Shown one piece after another: positions 26,602 to 32,000 of a stretch of 32,000 bases of DNA (the first letter of the stretch is position 1; every line of letters starts with the position of its first letter). The position numbers and the translations under genes are program-made. The notes under the pieces were generated by a model, which was not told where the DNA came from, did not search any database, and saw only the letters and a list, made by a program, of their open reading frames with translations. Origin of the DNA: Longivirga aurantiaca (GTDB lineage Bacteria; Actinomycetota; Actinomycetes; S36-B12; CAIYMF01); NCBI RefSeq assembly GCF_042660085.1, contig NZ_JBHSTI010000008.1, positions 630,001 through 662,000 on the forward strand, given 5' to 3'.

Positions 26602-27548
26602 GAGGTGGCTCCGTCCGTGGGTGCGCTGGTGAGCGCGAGGAAGACCTGCTCGAGGTCGTCGACGCCGGGTCGCAGCTCGTGCAGCTCGATGCCGGCGCCG
26701 AAGGCGATGCGGCCGACGTCTGCCGACTCGAGGCCGTCGACGAGCACCTCCTCGTCGGTGCGGTGGACCGTCGAGGCCGGCGCCGCGGACGCCAGCGCAG
26801 CCACGAGCTGGTCGGTGCTCGGGGTGCGGACGACGACGTGCGCCCGCCCGGTGGTGAGCTCGGTGAGGGGGCAGGCCCGGACGAGGCGGCCGTTGGCGAT
26901 GATCACGACGTCGTCGACGGTCTGCTCGACCTCGGACAGCACGTGGCTCGACACGATGACCGTGCGGCCCTGGCCCGCGAGGTAGCGCAGGAACGAGCGC
27001 AGCCAGGCGATGCCCTCGGGGTCGAGTCCGTTCGCGGGCTCGTCGAGGACGAGCACTCCGGGGTCGCCGAGCAGCGCGGCGGCCAGCTGGAGCCGCTGAC
27101 GCATGCCGAGGCTGAAGCCCCCGACGGCGCGGCCGGCGGCGTCGGCCAGGCCGACCGACTCGAGCACGACGGGCACCCGCGCCTCGTCGAGGCCGCCGGA
27201 GCGGGCGAGCACGCGGAGGTGGTTGGTGGCGGTGCGACCGGGGTGGAAGCCGGTGGCCTCGAGCGCCGACCCGACGACGCGCATCGGGGCGTGCAGGTCG
27301 TGGTAGCGCTTCCCGCCGATGGTGGCGCTGCCCGATGTCGGCTCGACGAGGCCGAGCAGGCATCGCAGGGTGGTGGTCTTGCCCGCGCCGTTGGGCCCGA
27401 GGAAGCCGGTGACCCGGCCGGGGGTGACGGTGAAGCTGAGGTCCTGGACGGCGTGCACGCCGCCGAAGTGCTTGGTGAGGCTCGTGACCTCGATGGGCGC
27501 TCCGACGACCGTGCCCGCGGGGGTGCCGCTGGTGCTGGTCTGCGTCAT
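26598..27548 (-). CDS. ABC transporter ATP-binding protein
   Basis: GPNGAGKTTTLRCLLGL, FSLGMRQRLQLAAALLGDPGVLVLDEPANGLDPEGI; start MTQTSTSG at 27548. Confidence 0.93.
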   Translation of the reverse strand: MTQTSTSGTPAGTVVGAPIEVTSLTKHFGGVHAVQDLSFTVTPGRVTGFLGPNGAGKTTTLRCLLGLVEPTSGSATIGGKRYHDLHAPMRVVGSALEATGFHPGRTATNHLRVLARSGGLDEARVPVVLESVGLADAAGRAVGGFSLGMRQRLQLAAALLGDPGVLVLDEPANGLDPEGIAWLRSFLRYLAGQGRTVIVSSHVLSEVEQTVDDVVIIANGRLVRACPLTELTTGRAHVVVRTPSTDQLVAALASAAPASTVHRTDEEVLVDGLESADVGRIAFGAGIELHELRPGVDDLEQVFLALTSAPTDGATS

Positions 27549-27643
27549 GCCTCCACCCTGCCGCGTGCAGGAGCCGCCGACCACCGGTTATGCCCTCGAC
27601 GCAGCCCTGAGCCGTCCCGGGGTCGACCCTGAGCGACGGGTGG

Positions 27644-28489
27644 TCATCGCTGCGTGAGCAGGGTCTCCAGGCGCGCGATGGTCTGCTGCTGCTCGGCGAG
27701 CATGCGGTGCAGATCGTCGACCTTGTCGTGCAGCTCGGCCCGGCGGTCCTCCTCGGCCGCAGCGGCGCTCTCCTCGGCCGCGACGTCGTCCGCAGACTTC
27801 CTCGGCGCGATGAACGCGTTGGCGAGGAAGCCGGTGAGCGTGCCGAAGATGCCGACCCCGAGCACGATGATGCCGACCCCGAGCACCCGACCGAGGTTCG
27901 TCACGGGGAACTGGTCGCCGTAGCCGACGGTCGAGATGGTGACGAGGACGTACCAGAGGGCGTCGGACGCGGACGTGATGTTGGCGCCCTCCACCGGTTG
28001 CTCGATCCGCAGCATCGCGAGGCTGCCGAACTCCAGCACGAGCACGGCGATGAGCAGCAGGAGGAACAGCGCGGTCTCCGCACGCTCCTTCACGAGGGCC
28101 GTCAGAAGGCGCTTGGTGCCGTAGACCTTCGCGAGGCGCCACACCTTGATCAGGCGGAAGACGCGCAGGACCTTCAGCTGGGGCAGCGGCAGCGAGGCTC
28201 CGAGGTCGGCCCAGCCGAACTCGCGCCAGAAGTAGTGGCCCTTCACCGGCGCCTTGCGCATCCGGTAGAGGAAGTCGAAGAACAGGACGAGCGAGAGCAG
28301 CAGGTTCATCGACTGCAGCACGTACTCGAGCGCCTGGTCCTCGACCATGAAGATCAGGACCAGGTTGATGATCGACAGGATCGACAGCGCGGCGACGAAG
28401 ATCTCGTAGCCCGTGTTGTCGATCATCGGCACGGGCTCGGTGCCGCGCTGCGCCTCGGTCGTGGCGATGCCCTCGGGCTGGGTGCTCAT
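27644..28489 (-). CDS. Voltage-gated-like potassium channel / ion transporter
   Basis: Multiple TM helices, S4-like LKVLRVFRLIKVWRLAKV, selectivity filter TISTVGYGD, C-terminal coiled coil. Confidence 0.92.
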   Translation of the reverse strand: MSTQPEGIATTEAQRGTEPVPMIDNTGYEIFVAALSILSIINLVLIFMVEDQALEYVLQSMNLLLSLVLFFDFLYRMRKAPVKGHYFWREFGWADLGASLPLPQLKVLRVFRLIKVWRLAKVYGTKRLLTALVKERAETALFLLLLIAVLVLEFGSLAMLRIEQPVEGANITSASDALWYVLVTISTVGYGDQFPVTNLGRVLGVGIIVLGVGIFGTLTGFLANAFIAPRKSADDVAAEESAAAAEEDRRAELHDKVDDLHRMLAEQQQTIARLETLLTQR

Positions 28490-28565
28490 CGGTGCCTCCT
28501 CGCGACCGCCCGCGCGGTCGTCCCGGTAGGGAGTATGGATCTCCGGCAGGGCGAGGTGCGGGAGG

Positions 28566-29180
28566 TCAGTAGCGGGGCGGTACGCCGTCGGGTATCCGCA
28601 CGGGCTCGCCGAGCTCGACCTCGACCTCGCGGAGGCCGTCGGCGTACTCGTCGCGGATCACGGTGCCGGCCGCCAGCATCATGCGGTGCGAGGCCTCGTT
28701 CTCGGGCGAGATGACGGCCGAGAAGCGGCGGATGCCCTCGTCGTGGGCGCGTCGTGCCAGGGCCAGCATCATCAGGGTGCCGGCGCCCTGGCCCTGGATG
28801 TCGTCGGCGATGGTGACGGCGACGTCGGCGCACTCCGGGTCGGCCGGGAGGCGGATGAACCGGGCGTCTCCGAGCAGGACGTCGGCCTGCGAGTGGCGGG
28901 TCCACCAGAGCGCGAGCGCGACGTGGTCGTGCTGGTCGACCTGGTCCACGAGCTTGTCGAGGCCGCGGGAGGAGAGCACGCCCTTCCCGGTCAGGAATCG
29001 CAGGTACTTGCTGCGGTCCGAGAGCCCGACGAAGCCGTCGGCGAGCGCCTCCCGGTCGTGGGGGTGCAGGGGCCGGATGACGAGGTGCAGGCCGCTCTTC
29101 AGCGTCACCCGCATGTAGATGTCGGGGCGCTCGGGGTCGACCTCGCCCAGCGGGTCGACGCTTATCTGGCCCTCGCTCAT
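28566..29180 (-). CDS. GNAT family N-acetyltransferase
   Basis: IRPLHPHDREALADGFVGLSDRSKYLRFL; VTIADDIQGQGAGTLMMLALARRAHDEGIRRFSAVISPENEASHRMM. Confidence 0.9.
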   Translation of the reverse strand: MSEGQISVDPLGEVDPERPDIYMRVTLKSGLHLVIRPLHPHDREALADGFVGLSDRSKYLRFLTGKGVLSSRGLDKLVDQVDQHDHVALALWWTRHSQADVLLGDARFIRLPADPECADVAVTIADDIQGQGAGTLMMLALARRAHDEGIRRFSAVISPENEASHRMMLAAGTVIRDEYADGLREVEVELGEPVRIPDGVPPRY

Positions 29181-29205
29181 GCAGCCAGGATGCCGTACGC
29201 CGGGC

Positions 29206-30267
29206 TCAGCGGTTCCCGAGCCCCGCCAACGTCGCGGCGACCAGCTCGCCGATCGACTCGAGGTGGTAGCCGCCCTCCTGGACCGCGAGCGTCGGCAGCC
29301 CGAGCGTTGCGAGCCGGTCGCCGGCCGCGCGGTGCGCCTCGACGCTGACGTCGAGAGGGGACTCGGGGTCGGCCGCTGCGGAGTCGACGCCGAGGCTCAC
29401 GACGAGGGCGGTCGCGCCCGACGCCTCGACCTTCTCCACGAGGCGCGACACGGCGTCGAGCCACGCGGCGTCGGCCGTGCCCGGCGCCAGGGGGATGTTC
29501 AGGTTCGCACCGACGCCGTCGCCGCGGCCGGTCTCGTCGGCGAACCCGGCGTAGTGCGGGAACCACCCCGCACCGGGATCGACGTGCAGCGACGCGTAGA
29601 GCACGTCGGCCCGGTCGTAGAAGAGCGCCTGGGTTCCGTTGCCGTGGTGGGCGTCGAGGTCGACGACGGCGACGCGCTCGTGCCCCGCGTCGCGCAGCGC
29701 CTGGGCGGCGATCCCCGCGTTGTTGAGGTAGCAGGACCCGCCGTACGCCGACCGCGTGACGTGATGGCCGGGAGGGCGGACCAGGGCGTACGCGAGCGGG
29801 GTGCCGCCGACCACCGCGTCGACCGCCGTCAGCGTGACGTCGACCGCGGCACGGGCGGCGGTCCAGGTGCCGGGTCCGACGAGCGTCATCGTGTCGTAGC
29901 ACCAGCGGCCGGCCGCGGCGTGGACGGCCGTGGGCTCGCGCTCGGGCAGGCCGTCGAGCATCCCCGCTGTCGGCATGAGGTAGGGCACCACGCGGTCCTG
30001 GCCGGGCTCTTCGGGGAACCCCGCGGCGACCCAGCGGTCGTAGACGGTGCGGAGGTGCTCGACGAGGCGCGGGTCGTGGACGCGCAGCAGCACGTCGTCG
30101 TCGTGGGCCGCGGCGTCGCGCACCTCGTGCCCGCGGGCGACGAGCTCGGCCTCGATCCGTGTGGCCCGCTCGGGCAGCTCGGTGCCCGGCGTACGGACGC
30201 CGACCCAGATCTCGGCCGTGGGGACATGCAGCAGGCAGTCGGCCGATCGCACGACCAGAGCGTTCAT
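29206..30267 (-). CDS. Histone deacetylase / acetylpolyamine amidohydrolase family protein
   Basis: LVRPPGHHVTRSAYGGSCYLNNAGIAAQAL, VAVVDLDAHHGNGTQALFYDRADVLYASLHVDP, LAVQEGGYHLESIG. Start MNALVVRSADCLLH at 30267. Confidence 0.93.
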   Translation of the reverse strand: MNALVVRSADCLLHVPTAEIWVGVRTPGTELPERATRIEAELVARGHEVRDAAAHDDDVLLRVHDPRLVEHLRTVYDRWVAAGFPEEPGQDRVVPYLMPTAGMLDGLPEREPTAVHAAAGRWCYDTMTLVGPGTWTAARAAVDVTLTAVDAVVGGTPLAYALVRPPGHHVTRSAYGGSCYLNNAGIAAQALRDAGHERVAVVDLDAHHGNGTQALFYDRADVLYASLHVDPGAGWFPHYAGFADETGRGDGVGANLNIPLAPGTADAAWLDAVSRLVEKVEASGATALVVSLGVDSAAADPESPLDVSVEAHRAAGDRLATLGLPTLAVQEGGYHLESIGELVAATLAGLGNR

Positions 30268-30316
30268 GTGGGCGAGCATGCCAGCGCGGAGGTCGGGGGT
30301 CGGGCAGGATCGGCGC

Positions 30317-31405
30317 ATGACGACGCTTGCTGACCTCGGAGTCAGGATCGGGACGCTCCCGCGGGGTTCCACGAACTCGGTGATCGACGTCCCGGGTGCG
30401 GGCCTCGGCCACGCCACGGTGGTGTACGACGAGCCCAACCCGCCGGAGGGCCGCGGCCTCGCACGCACCGGCGTCACCGTGGTCGACCTCGGCGGCGACC
30501 CGTTCCTGGAGCCGGTTCCGGCGGGCGTCGCGCTGCTCAACGGGGCGGGCGAGCTCACCTCGCGCTCGCAGATGGACGAGTGGGGAGTGGCGGAGACGCC
30601 GGTGTTCCTCACCTCCACGATGCAGGTCGGGCGCGTGTACGACTCCGCGTGCCGCCTGCTCATCGAGGAGCAGCCGCGGATCGGCGTCGACGACTTCCTC
30701 ATCCCCGTGGTCGGCGAGTGCGACGACTCGTGGCTGAACGACGCGCGCTGGATGCACGTGACGCACGAGCACGTGCGCGACGCCCTGGCCGCGGCCCGCG
30801 CGTCGGTGGGCTCGGGCATCGCACCCGACCAGGGCGCGGTCGGGGCAGGCACCGGGATGTCGTGCTACCAGTGGAAGGGCGGCATCGGCACGTCGTCGCG
30901 CGTGCTGCCGGCCGGCCACGTGGTCGGCGTCGTGCTGCTGTGCAACTTCGGCCAGTGGGACCGGCTCACGATCGCGGGCGTCCCTGTGGGGCAGCTGCTC
31001 GGACGCCCGGCGCACGTGCCCCCGCCGCCTGCCGGCTCGTGCCTCGGCGTCGTCGTCACCGACGCCCCGATCGACCACCGCGGCTGCGAGCGGCTCGCCA
31101 CGCGCATCGGGCTCGGTCTCGCGCGGACCGGCTCGACCGCGCACCACGGCAGCGGCGAGATCTTCATGGCGGCGGCCACCGGGCTGCGCGCACCGCGCGG
31201 CACGGCGTCGGCGAAGGCGCCGCTCACCGGCCGCGAGCTCGACCCGTACTTCGAGGCGGTGGTCGATGCGTCGGAGGAGGCGGTCGTGAACTGCCTGCTC
31301 TCGGCGCACGACGTCACCGGCGTCGGAGGCAAGACGGTCCCCGCGCTGCCCCGCGAGGCCGTGGCCGAGCTGCTCGACCGCCACTACGCCGGGCCGCGCG
31401 CGTGA
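30317..31405 (+). CDS. P1 family peptidase (DmpA/L-aminopeptidase D-esterase family)
   Basis: GTLPRGSTNSVIDVPGAGLGHATV..., VGAGTGMSCYQWKGGIGTSSRVL, DGAT-like GSTAHHGSGEIFMAAAT. Confidence 0.88.
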   Translation: MTTLADLGVRIGTLPRGSTNSVIDVPGAGLGHATVVYDEPNPPEGRGLARTGVTVVDLGGDPFLEPVPAGVALLNGAGELTSRSQMDEWGVAETPVFLTSTMQVGRVYDSACRLLIEEQPRIGVDDFLIPVVGECDDSWLNDARWMHVTHEHVRDALAAARASVGSGIAPDQGAVGAGTGMSCYQWKGGIGTSSRVLPAGHVVGVVLLCNFGQWDRLTIAGVPVGQLLGRPAHVPPPPAGSCLGVVVTDAPIDHRGCERLATRIGLGLARTGSTAHHGSGEIFMAAATGLRAPRGTASAKAPLTGRELDPYFEAVVDASEEAVVNCLLSAHDVTGVGGKTVPALPREAVAELLDRHYAGPRA

Positions 31406-32000
31406 CCTCGCCGATCCTGGAGGGCACCAAGGTCGACGCCTGGATCCCCATGAGCGACGGCGTGTTCCTCGCCATCACGCTGTACGTCCCGAACGCCGCG
31501 CACGGGCCGCAGCCGTGCATCCTCGAGGCGCTGCCCTACCGCAAGGACGACATGACGTCGTCGTACCGGCCTGAGTACGTGCGGCTGCGCGACGAGCACG
31601 CGTACGCCGTCGCGCGGCTCGACGTACGGGGCACGGGCAGCAGCGGCGGCCGCGCCACCGACGAGTACCCGGAGGCGGAGCAGCGCGACCTCACCGAGGT
31701 GATCGCGTGGCTCGCGGCGCAGGAGTGGTGCGACGGCAACATCGGCATGTACGGCACGTCATACAGCGGCTTCAACTCGCTGCAGATGGCGTGCGAGCGC
31801 CCGGCCCACCTGAAGGCGGTCATCGCGATCTACGCGACCGACGACCGGCACACCGACGACGTGCACTACATGGGCGGCCTGCGGCGGTGGATCGACCTCG
31901 TCGACTACTGCCACTACATGACGCCGATGAACGCGCTGCCGCCCGTTCCCGCGGTGTTCGGGCCCGGCTGGCGCGAGGAGTGGAAGGCGCGGATCGCCGA
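31402..32000 (+). CDS. CocE/NonD family hydrolase, N-terminal part; truncated by the window end
   Basis: GTG start overlapping the upstream stop (GTGA), not in the ORF track because it is open at the right edge. PMSDGVFLAITLYVP, YRKDDM, RLDVRGTGSSGG, GMYGTSYSGF nucleophile elbow. Confidence 0.9.
   Translation, partial: MTSPILEGTKVDAWIPMSDGVFLAITLYVPNAAHGPQPCILEALPYRKDDMTSSYRPEYVRLRDEHAYAVARLDVRGTGSSGGRATDEYPEAEQRDLTEVIAWLAAQEWCDGNIGMYGTSYSGFNSLQMACERPAHLKAVIAIYATDDRHTDDVHYMGGLRRWIDLVDYCHYMTPMNALPPVPAVFGPGWREEWKARIA

Noticed and set aside
1-32000. CRISPR array, known defence operon, toxin-antitoxin pair, prophage genes or rRNA
   Set aside because: No regularly spaced short direct repeats, Cas, restriction-modification, phage structural genes or rRNA sequence were recognised. 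The only nuclease-like genes are the two DUF222-HNH proteins.

Overview
This 32 kb window comes from a high-GC actinobacterial chromosome (Micrococcales-like by gene content and codon bias; no taxon is proven). Most of it is ordinary core or housekeeping sequence. In order it holds: a fatty-acid desaturase (left-truncated), an S4-domain protein, an alpha/beta-hydrolase fused to an ABC ATPase plus its permease, an FAD oxidoreductase, a secreted FnIII-like protein, a PolA-like polymerase, a small DUF6104-like protein, the 2-oxoglutarate decarboxylase/dehydrogenase (kgd/sucA), an SDR, an ABC exporter pair, a K+ channel, a GNAT, an HDAC/acetylpolyamine amidohydrolase, a P1-family peptidase and a CocE/NonD hydrolase (right-truncated). 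The unusual part is about 10.03-16.51 kb, bounded by two divergent-family DUF222-HNH endonuclease genes. It contains unrelated single small genes on both strands (CPCC zinc-ribbon-like, HEAT-like, GNAT, 2-TM membrane protein, DUF1697, HdeD-like, DUF6629-like, DsrE-like) and a 3'-truncated IS110-family transposase. A degenerate, partly self-complementary intergenic sequence with core (A)GTGCCG(G)TTC...GAACCGGCACTA recurs on the 3' side of nearly every gene, in that gene's orientation. Two copies are 50/53 identical, and a third site abuts a 35-nt tRNA-Gly-like 3' fragment. This resembles a gene-cassette array, but the sites lack the canonical integron attC core and no integrase is visible. The cassette interpretation is inference and needs comparative testing.
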